64,000 nt of DNA from IMG/VR virus record IMGVR_UViG_3300021426_000066. The stretch is one strand, 5' to 3'. Within the stretch, counting starts at the first letter, position 1. Each line of letters begins with the position of its first letter. The DNA comes from a virus (taxonomy: Duplodnaviria; Caudoviricetes). This document shows positions 1 through 10,498 of this stretch, piece after piece. Position numbers and translations under genes: made by a program. The notes below the pieces were generated by a model. The model searched no databases and was not told the DNA's origin. It was given only the letters and a program-made list of their open reading frames with translations.

Positions 1-376
1 GCTTTTCAAGATAGATAGGATTTCCATCTTCATCAATTTCCATATCGTGTGCTGTAAAATCTAACGCTTCTGTACCATCTTCTAAAGTTACAGTCTGATA
101 ATTACAAAGAATAGGCTTATACTTAAATCCAGATAAACTTTTTTCCATAGCCTTCTTCGTCACAGAAGATTTATTTCTATTATTGTTAGTATGAAATGCT
201 TTAATATTTGCAAACAACGTATATTCATCTTCAGACTCAGATACTTCAAATTGAGCAGGAGTGCTTACATAAAGCTGATAACCAGATTCAGTAGAATCAA
301 ATTTTGCAAAGTTCTGCTCGGCACAAAATCTGCACAGATCTTCAACAGTCATTATTCGTTGCTTCTTATTAACCAT
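1..376 (-). CDS. Head maturation/prohead protease-like protein (SPbeta YonD-like), 5' part; runs off the window edge
   Basis: Not in the ORF track because it is truncated. ATG at 376 with GGAGGT RBS; MVNKKQRIMTVEDL...FHTNNNRNKSSV...KYKPILCNY...DFTAHDME; lies directly downstream of the portal. Confidence 0.55.
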   Translation of the reverse strand, partial: MVNKKQRIMTVEDLCRFCAEQNFAKFDSTESGYQLYVSTPAQFEVSESEDEYTLFANIKAFHTNNNRNKSSVTKKAMEKSLSGFKYKPILCNYQTVTLEDGTEALDFTAHDMEIDEDGNPIYLEK

Positions 377-432
377 ATCAACCTCCTTTCCCCTAAAAAT
401 AAAACTCCTCAATAGGAGAGGAGAATAGGTAA

Positions 433-609
433 TTAATCAAAATCCAATTTATTTGTATATACTGTTTTATCCAAAACTCCAAAAGTCTTGCGTTTGTCAT
501 TTATAAATGTGTATCCATTCTCATCATGTTTAACAAGAACAAATCCCATTTTTATTAGTGCGTCCGCAGACTCTTGAGATGAAGTAAATATAAATAATTT
601 TTGCTTCAT
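433..609 (-). CDS. Small hypothetical protein (58 aa)
   Basis: MKQKLFIFTSSQESADALIKMGF...; GAGGG RBS; fills the gap between portal and protease-like gene. Confidence 0.6.
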   Translation of the reverse strand: MKQKLFIFTSSQESADALIKMGFVLVKHDENGYTFINDKRKTFGVLDKTVYTNKLDFD

Positions 610-620
610 AATTATCCCTC

Positions 621-2192
621 TTATCCATTAGATTTATCACGAGACTCTGCACTAGCATCTCCATTATCTGTCGGCTCTGTAGAAGTTGGCCTGCCACCAG
701 TAACAGGATCCGTACCGTCAGTAACAATGCCAGAATTGGTGAAAGAAGAATTAAGCGGATACACCATAATATCTTGAAGCTTGAGAACCTCGTTTTCCAA
801 GAAGGAAAGTCCAAGAGTATCCAACTCACTAAAACCGTTAAGTGTCATATAAGCTAACTTAGTCGGTAATGAATACTGTGCGGCCTTAAGCATGTCTTCC
901 TTATACTGCTGTCTTGTGTAAACAGAGACAGGCATAAATTTAACCAAACAAGGGTTACTGCATAAATACCCAAGTTGTCTATTCACAAATGCTTGCGTCT
1001 GAGGAAGAAGAGAAGAAATTGCAAATTCTGTATTTGCCACCTGAGAATATCTAAATGCCTCTGCGCCAGAAATTGTTTCTCCATTTAGAATCTCTGCGCC
1101 ACCTGTAGTATTTAACACAGTTTTAGTCGCATTAGATACTTTAGTTGTATCTCCCGCTGTCTGGTCCTCAAAGCCAATTGAATTTAACTTCCCTGGTACA
1201 ATAGCGGCACTAATATAATCTGGTAATGCTTCATTAATCATTCTCTGAAAATAAGCAAGCATCAATTCTGGATTAACTTTCCAGTCATCAACATCTTCAC
1301 CAATTGTTTCCATCTGAAGCCAGATCATCTTATAAATTTCCTGTTCATCAGCAATTGCTTGAATATCTTCCAAATCCGCCAAATTGATTAATGCATTGAA
1401 TGCCGCCAAGAAAGGTGGAAGGACAGTCTCATAATCTTCGTATCTGTACTTAAGACAGATGGCATATTCATCTGGTACAGGTTGCCATTTTTGATTTGTT
1501 TTTATGTATTCCTTATACATGGCATCAAACGGTTCAGGAATATACTCAATTAATTCCTGACGAGAGCGAAGATAAGTCATATCCATACTAATAGCAAAAT
1601 CTCCAGTCATATATTTCCCATCAATTCTTGCGTAGTTGGCAGGAATTTGCCAAATAAACACCCCTGTTTCGTCTATAAGATATATTCCATAAAACACATC
1701 TTGAACAAAACAAGTAAGATAAATACTATAAAATTCCTGTTGCAAATGCATTCTTTCAACCCAATCAAGAGTGTCCTGATAAGATTTAAGAGTTTTTTGA
1801 GGATCAGGAATTTTAATCAAATCATACTTCGGTATTATAGACCGAGCATTGAGATAAAACATATTTGCATAAAAATGACAAAGCCTCATATAAGTCATAG
1901 ACCTATAAAAAAGATACCACGAAAGATTACGAAGGTTCTGTTCATTTGCACCAAGGTTTCGCATATACTGCCTAAGCAACTCTTTATTAAAGACACTAAT
2001 GCTTTTAGTTTGAGTTTGGTTAATATCTCTTAAACGAACAGCCTCTTTATGAGCTTCGTCATATTTCGCAAGCTGCGACTCATATTTTTGAATTAACTCT
2101 TTCTGTTGAGCCACAGTCAGTTTCTTTCCATTATTGGTTGCCGAAGATGCCGAGGCTTTCTTCGGAGAAGTGTTTTCTTTCGCCATAGACAC
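621..2192 (-). CDS. Phage portal protein (SPbeta YonE-like)
   Basis: 523 aa, immediately downstream of the large terminase; C-terminal GGRP motif typical of portals. Confidence 0.75.
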   Translation of the reverse strand: MSMAKENTSPKKASASSATNNGKKLTVAQQKELIQKYESQLAKYDEAHKEAVRLRDINQTQTKSISVFNKELLRQYMRNLGANEQNLRNLSWYLFYRSMTYMRLCHFYANMFYLNARSIIPKYDLIKIPDPQKTLKSYQDTLDWVERMHLQQEFYSIYLTCFVQDVFYGIYLIDETGVFIWQIPANYARIDGKYMTGDFAISMDMTYLRSRQELIEYIPEPFDAMYKEYIKTNQKWQPVPDEYAICLKYRYEDYETVLPPFLAAFNALINLADLEDIQAIADEQEIYKMIWLQMETIGEDVDDWKVNPELMLAYFQRMINEALPDYISAAIVPGKLNSIGFEDQTAGDTTKVSNATKTVLNTTGGAEILNGETISGAEAFRYSQVANTEFAISSLLPQTQAFVNRQLGYLCSNPCLVKFMPVSVYTRQQYKEDMLKAAQYSLPTKLAYMTLNGFSELDTLGLSFLENEVLKLQDIMVYPLNSSFTNSGIVTDGTDPVTGGRPTSTEPTDNGDASAESRDKSNG

Positions 2193-2211
2193 CTCCTAGT
2201 TTCTATTTGTT

Positions 2212-4290
2212 TTATGTCCAACTTGATTCTCTTTTCATTGGCCTAATGATCAAAGAATCAAGTAATGATTTATTATTAGTGGTGGTACGCTTTTGAGTAA
2301 GATGCTTTCTACGCTCTTGCTGAAGAGCATAGGCAAGCAGACAGGCTGTATAGAATCTATCGTCATGCAATTTTCCTGCCTTTTCTGGTGCAAGATCAAA
2401 TGAGTCTCTTCCAGAATCTCGCTTCTTACGCACAATATTTACTATTTCTTCTTTCATGGCATCAATATTAGCCAAAGCTAATTCTTCTTGCCAATCAAGC
2501 TTAATGGTTCTTGTAGACACAGACTGAACTTTAGACAACTCTGCTTCAAATTGTTCTTCAAACTGTTCTTTACTCAATTTTTTCTTTTTGAGTTTTTTCT
2601 TGATATCGGCTTTTGCTTTTTCCAATTTTTCTTCATCGACATCAAAAACCGTCAAATATCCTTTATTGTCATATGGAGCAGTAAAGCTGATCTTATTTTG
2701 ATTGGTTAACTCAATCAATGCCTCCGCCATCTCTGATTTATACGCAGTCGGAGACATCAAATGTAATTTATTAACAGCATTTGGAAATCTCTTTACATAC
2801 TCAGCAGAATAATCTTTATCAATTAGTCCTCTATGTAGTTTTCCCGATTTATCTGCCCAGTCTTCCATCAAGAAGTCAGCAATATTAACGCCGCCTCCAC
2901 CAGATCCTGCATCAATATAAATTCCAATAATATTCCCATACGCATCTAAGCCAGCATTATATTCAAGAATCAATTCTTTTAAATATTTTATTTGATCTGG
3001 AGTCTGCATAGGAGATTTTATCTTTTTGCCTATATCCATAAGATTAACACAATTACATATCCGCATTTTTATGTCATCGTCACCATTAACATCCGTATCA
3101 TGATAAATTTCACCTACGGATATGACACTATTATCTCTGGACCGTGCAGGGTCATAAGCAATTACAAACTTTTTGTCACCAGTATCGTTAGATAATAAAG
3201 GTCTACGGGTTTCCTCGTTTCTAGTAATTGTTCCTCTACGGATAATAGCATCTGCACCCAAATCTGTAGTAAAAATACAATAATACTCACGCCTAGCCTT
3301 TTCTGGGTTTCTTCGCATCTCAGACTCAACAGTAGACCGAGAAAGAAGAGGAGCAATTAATTCACCATGTAACGTAGGCTTAAAAGCCTGTTCACAATCT
3401 ATATGTAAAACAGCGAAATCCCTATTACCCATAATTTGCTGTTTTGAAAAATCTCTATACAACTTATAAAATTCTGTATCCGTGCTAGATGCAGAAGATA
3501 TATAAAATTTTTGATATGGAAGATTTGTCGCAAAAGTTCTCTGTCTTACAGGATCAATAGATTTTCCAGACGAATCTTTGCCAGTTTTTAAACTCTTATT
3601 AGTTACAGCAAAAGCACCATAAACAGCTAACATTTCGCTTGACAGAAAACCACATTCATCAAATATAACAGTCCCACGAGCGCCACGCTTGGCATCTACG
3701 TTACTATTTAATGTGACTGTCTGCGAACCATTGTATAAGTTATAAGAAAAACCATTTGATGAGTGACTAAAACCGTCACCAGATGCATTCTTAATTTCCA
3801 CTTCATCTTTAAAAATATATCCAGTTGAGCCACTAAAGGTATCAATATTATCATTGGCGAGTTTTTCCAGAGTGGTAAACGTTTGTTCTGCCTGTCCACC
3901 CGTACCACTAGCTATATACGTCCATACATTACAAAACGCCATATCCTTAGCCATTGTTTCTAAATCAATAACTGTGGATTTCCCATAGGATCTGGTACAT
4001 ACATACAGTACATTAGGACAGAACCACGATCTTTGTACCATTAATGCCTGCCCATCTAACAATTCAATATTGAACATAATGTCAATCATCTGGACAGGAT
4101 TACACTGAAAATATTTTTGCATTTTAGCTATTTCCAATAAACCGTCAATTTTCCGTTGAGATAAAGGATAATTAATCGGTTTCACAAATACACCGTAGTC
4201 TTTATAGAAATCTTTATCATAATCATCAGGAACCCATATATTATTTTGAGTCAGCATCCTCAGACACCTCCTCATCTTCAGCAGCGGCAA
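2212..4290 (-). CDS. Terminase large subunit (YonF-like)
   Basis: Walker A TRSYGKS, Walker B VIFDE, ISSA coupling motif, RNase H-like AYDPA, YIDAGSGGGG, HDDR. Confidence 0.9.
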   Translation of the reverse strand: MPLLKMRRCLRMLTQNNIWVPDDYDKDFYKDYGVFVKPINYPLSQRKIDGLLEIAKMQKYFQCNPVQMIDIMFNIELLDGQALMVQRSWFCPNVLYVCTRSYGKSTVIDLETMAKDMAFCNVWTYIASGTGGQAEQTFTTLEKLANDNIDTFSGSTGYIFKDEVEIKNASGDGFSHSSNGFSYNLYNGSQTVTLNSNVDAKRGARGTVIFDECGFLSSEMLAVYGAFAVTNKSLKTGKDSSGKSIDPVRQRTFATNLPYQKFYISSASSTDTEFYKLYRDFSKQQIMGNRDFAVLHIDCEQAFKPTLHGELIAPLLSRSTVESEMRRNPEKARREYYCIFTTDLGADAIIRRGTITRNEETRRPLLSNDTGDKKFVIAYDPARSRDNSVISVGEIYHDTDVNGDDDIKMRICNCVNLMDIGKKIKSPMQTPDQIKYLKELILEYNAGLDAYGNIIGIYIDAGSGGGGVNIADFLMEDWADKSGKLHRGLIDKDYSAEYVKRFPNAVNKLHLMSPTAYKSEMAEALIELTNQNKISFTAPYDNKGYLTVFDVDEEKLEKAKADIKKKLKKKKLSKEQFEEQFEAELSKVQSVSTRTIKLDWQEELALANIDAMKEEIVNIVRKKRDSGRDSFDLAPEKAGKLHDDRFYTACLLAYALQQERRKHLTQKRTTTNNKSLLDSLIIRPMKRESSWT

Positions 4291-5557
4291 AGATTGAATA
4301 AATCTCTTTTAAATTGGTATACTGCTTATCTGGCTGCATATTGTTCTCTTCCAGATAGTCTTTTAAATCTAAATTTTCCTGAAGTAAAATTCTATTAATT
4401 TCTTTATACTGATCTTTTTCGTTGCGAAGATTAACAATGACTTCTCGCATTTCAGCAACCATATCAGACCATTCTGATTCGTCTAATGCCAATTGCTTCA
4501 TAATAGATGCATCACTTAATTCTTGAACCTGTTGCATCCCCCGACAAGTCTGAATATCAAAGCCATTAACATGTGCAGACCTTAAATTCAAATCTCGTAT
4601 TTTTTTGATTTTACCAGTCCAAGTGTTCTCACCTTTCTTGGCATTTTTACTATTTTTTAAACTGATACAGCTTTCAGCGGCTAAATCTTTTATCTGGGCA
4701 ACAATTTTAGCCTTACTTTCCTGTAAACTTTTTACCGTAGCAGAATTATTAGCTGTCTGATTTCTATCCCCAGTAAGTGTTGCAATACTATTATCTATTT
4801 TTTGTTGCTGAAGAAAGTTGCGTACTATCGCTATGCAACTAGCAGTCCGCATCATATCGTCATTTCCACTTTCATCAGCATCTAATAATCCCAATAACTG
4901 CGAGTATAAAAAAGGTTGATCAGAAATAGATTCATCCTCAAACGGATCATAAGAAAGCAATCTGACCACATCCGCTTTATTCTTGAGAAAATCAGAATAG
5001 GTATCCTGATCCTCACGCCCTTTTATTACATCTTCAGCAGTTTTTTCATCTTCATATACAATATGCTCTTTAAACATATCTGAATCCCGCCAACCAAGTC
5101 CAGTTTGTTGCGGAAGAGCAGAATTTTTAACTAATGAAGTCCATACATTATTTTTCGTGTTTCCTAATGCTTCATTAGTACTTTCTGCAATACTCGCATC
5201 CCACAATTTGTCAGTAAATGCACGGTTCAAATAAAAAAGAGCCTCTTTACATGACTCCTTGGTTGGTTCATGTTCTTCATTATTTAAATCGACTCTCATA
5301 GCGAGTCGCCTAGCACAATCTTTACAAATTGCAGTATAACCACTTTGCGACCGAGGATCCGTGTCAATATAAAACCTATCTGCGGGTTTCTTCTTGCCAC
5401 AAAGATGACACCACAACTTTCCTTTTTCATTTTCTAATTCTTCTTCAAGTTCAACAACTCTTGCACGAGCTTCGGCAGCGGTCATTTTATCCACTGTCAA
5501 AGGCTGCATTTTTGTTGCCTTTCCTTTAGAACCTTTGGATTTTGCTTTGGTAGCCAA
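4241..5557 (-). CDS. Zn-finger protein, probable terminase small subunit (YonG-like)
   Basis: CHLC...CKDC motif, coiled coils; directly upstream of and overlapping terL. Confidence 0.5.
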   Translation of the reverse strand: MATKAKSKGSKGKATKMQPLTVDKMTAAEARARVVELEEELENEKGKLWCHLCGKKKPADRFYIDTDPRSQSGYTAICKDCARRLAMRVDLNNEEHEPTKESCKEALFYLNRAFTDKLWDASIAESTNEALGNTKNNVWTSLVKNSALPQQTGLGWRDSDMFKEHIVYEDEKTAEDVIKGREDQDTYSDFLKNKADVVRLLSYDPFEDESISDQPFLYSQLLGLLDADESGNDDMMRTASCIAIVRNFLQQQKIDNSIATLTGDRNQTANNSATVKSLQESKAKIVAQIKDLAAESCISLKNSKNAKKGENTWTGKIKKIRDLNLRSAHVNGFDIQTCRGMQQVQELSDASIMKQLALDESEWSDMVAEMREVIVNLRNEKDQYKEINRILLQENLDLKDYLEENNMQPDKQYTNLKEIYSIFAAAEDEEVSEDADSK

Positions 5558-5598
5558 ATGACCACCTCCTTTTTCCTCTTTATTCCTTCAATCAAGAA

Positions 5599-5671
5599 AG
5601 TCTCACATCAGACTCGAACTGATACCGCCAGTTTGGAAGACTGGAGTGCTAACCATTAACACCAGTAAGAC
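5599..5671 (-). tRNA. tRNA-Gly(TCC)
   Basis: Cloverleaf: GTCTTAC/GTGAGAC acceptor, CCAGT-CTTCCAA-ACTGG anticodon arm, ATCAG-TTCGAGT-CTGAT T arm. Confidence 0.9.
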
Positions 5672-5673
5672 AT

Positions 5674-5708
5674 AAAATAAGAGCAGTTTTTCAAGCTGCT
5701 CTTATTTT
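5674..5708. terminator. Symmetric hairpin, intrinsic terminator-like in both directions
   Basis: AAAATAAGAGCAG-N9-CTGCTCTTATTTT. Confidence 0.6.
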
Positions 5709-5846
5709 CATCAATTGAGCTTTCTGTTTATTAAACTCTCCGCGCTCTACAGAGAGAAGATTTAAATCGTCCACTAAAGCAGGACCACTCTCTTAAAAGC
5801 CCGCTACTTGGTCCGCATTGTTAAGAGGCGTGTAGGGTTCTTATTA

Positions 5847-7070
5847 TCATGAAAGTTCAATGGGACAAATAGCCTTTATCTTATTATCATCACAAATCAC
5901 AACAGTCTGTGATGCTTTCCCTCTAAGGCGTTTACGTTCCGTAAATTCATCGCCATCAAACAGCGATCCGCTCTGTATAACCTTTACTCCGCTAACATCA
6001 TTCATTGCAGGATGATGCATATGCCCCATTAAAATTGCATATGGGAAGTATCCAAGATATGCACATAATTTCTGTATACTTGTATCAGAAATACCATCCC
6101 AATCCCCATGGACAATCAGATAATTCTTATTCCCAATAGAAAATTCAGTATAAGTGTTTTGAGCTTCGTCTCTTCCTATATAATATTTCTCTTGATGAGC
6201 AAATATATGGCTTAAGAACCACGGCACGAGATTATCTAACTTTTCACCCAATAGCGAATCATCTGCATTCTTTTCTATTCTACTATGATTCCCTGGTACG
6301 CTATAAAATTCAATCTGCTCAAAGATGCCACCAAGTTTATATAAGAAATCAGCTATTAATTCACAGGCTGTCATTGTCTGATCTACCGCATTTTCCCTAT
6401 TAACGATTTGAATGGTCAAATGAATAATGCCTGATACTAAATCACCTAAAGCCACACATACACACTTTTTTGCACTGTATATTTCGGCAAGGCTTTTAAT
6501 TTCTTTAATATATTTACTCAGCCGTTCCTTGGCTATCTCAATATTATAAGTAAGTGTTTCCAATCCAAGATGTAAATCAGATAAACAAACAATCATTGTA
6601 TTCTGATTCTCTGAGGAAGAAGAGTAAAGATAGCTTACAGAATTCATTGAAAATGGATATCTCTCCTTACCAATCTGCTCAATCCGTTCTTCAATAATTC
6701 TGATATTCTCTTCATGTCTTGCTTCGTCACGAAGAAGCTTGTTTAACTCATTCCTTTCATCTTGTAGCTTTCTTTTAGCTTTGTATATTTCTTGCTCTTT
6801 GGCAACTAATTCTTTAGCTGCCTCATCAGAAGATTTGCCTATAACCTTATTCTTATAAAATTCTCTAACAAAGTTCCCGCCCAGTATATTGCGGCCCATA
6901 GACTCTGATATACGTCTGCGGTCATAAGGAAGATTATATTTCTCAATGATTTCACCCCAATCTATATCAGAGACTCCGTTTATTTTATCTCCGCAATCCT
7001 GTAAAAATTCTTCATACTTCTCAGGGGTTAAACCCACTAATTTTAACTCGTTTTCTACATTCAAAACCAT
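5847..7070 (-). CDS. Calcineurin-like metallophosphoesterase (YonJ-like)
   Basis: SDLHLG, LGDLV, PGNHSR, HGD and GHMHH motifs. Confidence 0.85.
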   Translation of the reverse strand: MVLNVENELKLVGLTPEKYEEFLQDCGDKINGVSDIDWGEIIEKYNLPYDRRRISESMGRNILGGNFVREFYKNKVIGKSSDEAAKELVAKEQEIYKAKRKLQDERNELNKLLRDEARHEENIRIIEERIEQIGKERYPFSMNSVSYLYSSSSENQNTMIVCLSDLHLGLETLTYNIEIAKERLSKYIKEIKSLAEIYSAKKCVCVALGDLVSGIIHLTIQIVNRENAVDQTMTACELIADFLYKLGGIFEQIEFYSVPGNHSRIEKNADDSLLGEKLDNLVPWFLSHIFAHQEKYYIGRDEAQNTYTEFSIGNKNYLIVHGDWDGISDTSIQKLCAYLGYFPYAILMGHMHHPAMNDVSGVKVIQSGSLFDGDEFTERKRLRGKASQTVVICDDNKIKAICPIELS

Positions 7071-7094
7071 AAGCTCCCCCTTTGATTATATGAA

Positions 7095-7319
7095 TCAATC
7101 AAAGTCGCTACTCTCCAGTTCAAGAACTTCTTCAGTTTTCGTAGAACATGTCAGGGTAAAAGGCTCCTCACCATAAATCTCTGCTAAATTACCAACGAGA
7201 TTAATTTCTTCGCCTGTTTCAAAATCAACGACTTTATTTTCTTTAATCATAATATCTTTATACTTAACATCCGTCTTTACAGTTCTCTTTGCATCCATAT
7301 TATTTCTCCTTTTATTCAT
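7095..7319 (-). CDS. Small acidic protein, YonK-like (true start probably MDAK)
   Basis: Size, composition and position next to the metallophosphoesterase match SPbeta synteny. Confidence 0.45.
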   Translation of the reverse strand: MNKRRNNMDAKRTVKTDVKYKDIMIKENKVVDFETGEEINLVGNLAEIYGEEPFTLTCSTKTEEVLELESSDFD

Positions 7320-7942
7320 TACAGTATATAATTGATACTAATATCTTTACCAATAATCTTATGCACAACACCATTCTCTTTAGCTTCCTGTGCAAACATA
7401 TAGTATTCATTCTTTTCTTTTTCAGCAATAAATTCAGGAGTCATAGTTGTATGATCCAGAATATGCTGTTTTAATCTTTCATCCATATCGTTAAAGAACT
7501 CCATAATATCTTTAACCTTACTGGTCGTATTAGAAATGGCAACATCCCCCTCATGCTGACAGAAAATAGAATTTGTAAACGCCACTCTGTCAGGACACGA
7601 CAGATAGATATGATATGCCATAGACCCAACTAATGAGAACGCCACGCCAATAATAGGAGTCTTTGAAGCAGCAATAACGTCCATTAACATTGCACCAGAG
7701 AAGAGATCTCCACCTGGACTATTAAAATAGATTTTAATAGGCTTTCGTTTCTTTACAGGAATGCCAGCTTTATTATCTTCTGCATTCCATTTAAGAATGT
7801 ATAATACATGATTCTCAAGCAAATCCTCATCTACTTCTGTATTAAACACAAGAATTCGTTTATCACTAAATTCATCTATTATTCCTTGAGTAGGATTTCC
7901 CATTCCTTTTTCTTCCATAGGGCTGAATACAATATCTGCCAT
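7319..7942 (-). CDS. ClpP-like protease subunit
   Basis: IYFNSPGGDL, candidate catalytic Ser in VGSMA and His in QHEG, YMFAQEAKENGVVHKI. Confidence 0.85.
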   Translation of the reverse strand: MADIVFSPMEEKGMGNPTQGIIDEFSDKRILVFNTEVDEDLLENHVLYILKWNAEDNKAGIPVKKRKPIKIYFNSPGGDLFSGAMLMDVIAASKTPIIGVAFSLVGSMAYHIYLSCPDRVAFTNSIFCQHEGDVAISNTTSKVKDIMEFFNDMDERLKQHILDHTTMTPEFIAEKEKNEYYMFAQEAKENGVVHKIIGKDISINYIL

Positions 7943-7956
7943 ATTCCGTTTTCTCC

Positions 7957-8757
7957 TTATATATTTAAATTAGCAAATAATCTGCTTGTTTCACTGCGAA
8001 CATCATCACCTAAAAAGACACATCCAAACATTGGATTACCTTTAAACTGCTCACACATTCGCACTAATGGGTTTGATTCACTGTTTTCTAATAGCGACTG
8101 TTTGTAGTCGCCCGCAAAAAAGATCTTACTATTTTCACCAACTCTGGTTCCAATAAGCCTAATCTGTTTTGCAGTTAGATCTTCAGCTTCATCAACTATC
8201 ATAATAGTATCTTTATAAGTCATTCCCTTCATATAATAAGGTATCATTTCCTCAATCTCTCCACGCATCTCCAAACTCTTTAATTCAAACTCGCCACCAT
8301 CAAGCTGTTGAGCAAGAGGAGCGAAGAAAAATCCTGTTTTGTTAGCAAGCTCCCCTGGCAGAAAACCCACTTCTTTCCCTTCGCCTCTTGGTTCTCTCAC
8401 ACCAAGCATCTTTGCATGTGTACCCTTTTCGCTTACATGATACTGGCCCATTCTCATAGACAGAAATGTTTTGCCAGAACCGGGGCCGCCAAGAAGCGCG
8501 ACTACAGTAATTGTGGGGTTAAGCATTAAATCTAATGCACACCTTTGTAAAGCATTTTTTGCTTTTACATATTTTGAAGATGGAAGACGTAAAGGTACGA
8601 ATTTTTCTCCGTCAAAACGCATTTCTTTAACGGAATCATCATCTGCGTTATTGATAACGAGATATTCGTTCACGTTCCAATCCTTGGGATCAAACCCGTA
8701 CAGATAATCATTTATAAAGTTACTATCACCAGTTATTTCTTTATAACCTTGATACAT
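7957..8757 (-). CDS. phoH: PhoH-family ATPase
   Basis: GGPGSGKT, VGFLPG, MKGMTY, IVDEAEDL, GTRVGENSK, GDYKQ. Confidence 0.9.
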   Translation of the reverse strand: MYQGYKEITGDSNFINDYLYGFDPKDWNVNEYLVINNADDDSVKEMRFDGEKFVPLRLPSSKYVKAKNALQRCALDLMLNPTITVVALLGGPGSGKTFLSMRMGQYHVSEKGTHAKMLGVREPRGEGKEVGFLPGELANKTGFFFAPLAQQLDGGEFELKSLEMRGEIEEMIPYYMKGMTYKDTIMIVDEAEDLTAKQIRLIGTRVGENSKIFFAGDYKQSLLENSESNPLVRMCEQFKGNPMFGCVFLGDDVRSETSRLFANLNI

Positions 8758-9032
8758 AAGCTACACCACTTTTCGTTATTTTCTTTTTCTTTCTCTGGGG
8801 TCATTCCTATAATAAGTATAGACAACCTTATTTTTCCGATAATTCTGCAATGTCCTCATTGCTTTTTTATCTTCGGTCATATAATACCGTTTGGCTTTCC
8901 CTTTGTGCGTGGCACTAGAAATATGTATCAAATAACCCATACGCTGTTTTCTGAGGTATTCTGCCTCATCTTTAGTAATCTTTATCAATACCATTACCTT
9001 TTCTTTCATAATATTTCTCCCGTAGGAGATAG

Positions 9033-9106
9033 CGGCTTTTCCTGGACTTGAACCAGGGACATACTGGTTAACAGCCAGTCGTTCTGCCAGACTGAACTAA
9101 AAAGCC
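9033..9106 (-). tRNA. tRNA-Asn(GTT)
   Basis: GGCTTTT/AAAAGCC acceptor, ACTGG-CTGTTAA-CCAGT anticodon arm, CCTGG-TTCAAGT-CCAGG T arm. Confidence 0.92.
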
Positions 9107-9174
9107 GTATATAAATTGCCCCTCCCCCGAAAGGATTAAGGTAAGAGAGGGGCCATGGTTCAATACTCTAAACT

Positions 9175-9447
9175 TTACGCAATTGACTCTTTAAAAACTT
9201 TTCCAAATTTCATCTTTGGCATATACTTTGCAGCTACAGCAACAGCTTCACCAGTCCGAGGATTTCTAGACTGTCTTGCTTCTTTAAACACTCTCTGGAA
9301 AGTAACTCCATCAAACATCTTAACTTCATCATCTGCCTTGAGAGTGTCAATAAGAACGTCCTGAGCAGTTTCAAAAACTGTCTTAGTGTCCTTCTGAGTC
9401 ATTCCAGTCCTATCAGCTACTGCCTTGTAAAATTCTGTCTTATTCAT
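9175..9447 (-). CDS. hup: HU-family histone-like DNA-binding protein
   Basis: MNKTEFYKAVA...ARQSRNPRTGEAVAV...PKMKFGKVFKESI. Confidence 0.92.
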   Translation of the reverse strand: MNKTEFYKAVADRTGMTQKDTKTVFETAQDVLIDTLKADDEVKMFDGVTFQRVFKEARQSRNPRTGEAVAVAAKYMPKMKFGKVFKESIA

Positions 9448-9617
9448 ATCTTTGATTCTCCTTTTTATTTCTTAGATTGATTTAACCGTCAATCTTGCGG
9501 TTTTTATTGACAAAATTAATTGTGTAAATATCTATCACTTAGTCGGAATTCTTTGACCTTGTTTTTTCTAATGATTCATTAAAGAAATTTTAAATACTAA
9601 TTTTTCATACTGTCTAA

Positions 9618-10498
9618 TTATCCTTTAAAACAAGCCAAAAAAGCATCTGGATTAACTGTATATAAGGTCTTTAATAATATTGCTCGATTGTTCCTCGTAG
9701 TAGCACTCAAACGAGATTTTCTTCTTTTAAGATCATCTGTAATAATAAATGCCCTATCTATCAAACGAGAAATCAGTCCTAAATAATTTCGTGATAAATA
9801 AATACTACGGATATCTTCGATCATTTTTTCAAAATCATCATTTAATAACTCAAATAGATTCTCATCTGTATTATCTAATTCGCCCGCTAATAACAGCTTT
9901 AAGGAATATTTTTCAATCATTTTTTCGACTCGTCTTGATACTTTATGAGAATCAGTATTTTTATGTTTTATAAAGAAATGTTGGATAGGAAGAGTACTTG
10001 TTTCAGGATTGTAGGAGTCTGGTTTAAGCCTATAGATATAATTCATAGGACATTTTAATTTCTTATTGATTTTCTTTTTATCAAAACCTTTTCTGATTAC
10101 GCCCCAAAAAGCAGGATAACCTCTGGTATCAATATCCATTGACCGCTTAATTAAAGCTATTTCTTCCGTAATATCTATATCAAACTTTCTCTTTGCATTA
10201 TCGATGGCACACTGAGCCAGAACTGATAAAATACATACATTATCATACAACAGTTGATCATCATAATTATAGGTATACGATAATGCTATCTGCGCTAAGT
10301 TGCTGGATTCTCCAATTGCTCTCTGTGATGCCGCGAGGTTCGCATCTATTCTATAGTAGTCAAAAGGAGTATTATTATAATGATTTTTATCTTTTGGAAT
10401 ATTATTAACAATAGTAGGATAATCTTTATAATACCGTCTGGCACTATCTACTACAGATGATTGATTAGTAACGTATAAAGAATCTGAATCCTGATCTG
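9618..10498 (-). CDS. YonO-like single-subunit RNA polymerase, exon 2
   Basis: Frame is open from 10498 (..CA GAT CAG GAT TCA GAT = SDQDSD) through IGESSNLAQ and AQCAIDNAKR into the tracked ORF 9618..10250. Confidence 0.85.

Noticed and set aside
9618-10250. Independent 210-aa gene, or a pseudogenised RNA polymerase
   Set aside because: Explained as exon 2 of the intron-split polymerase
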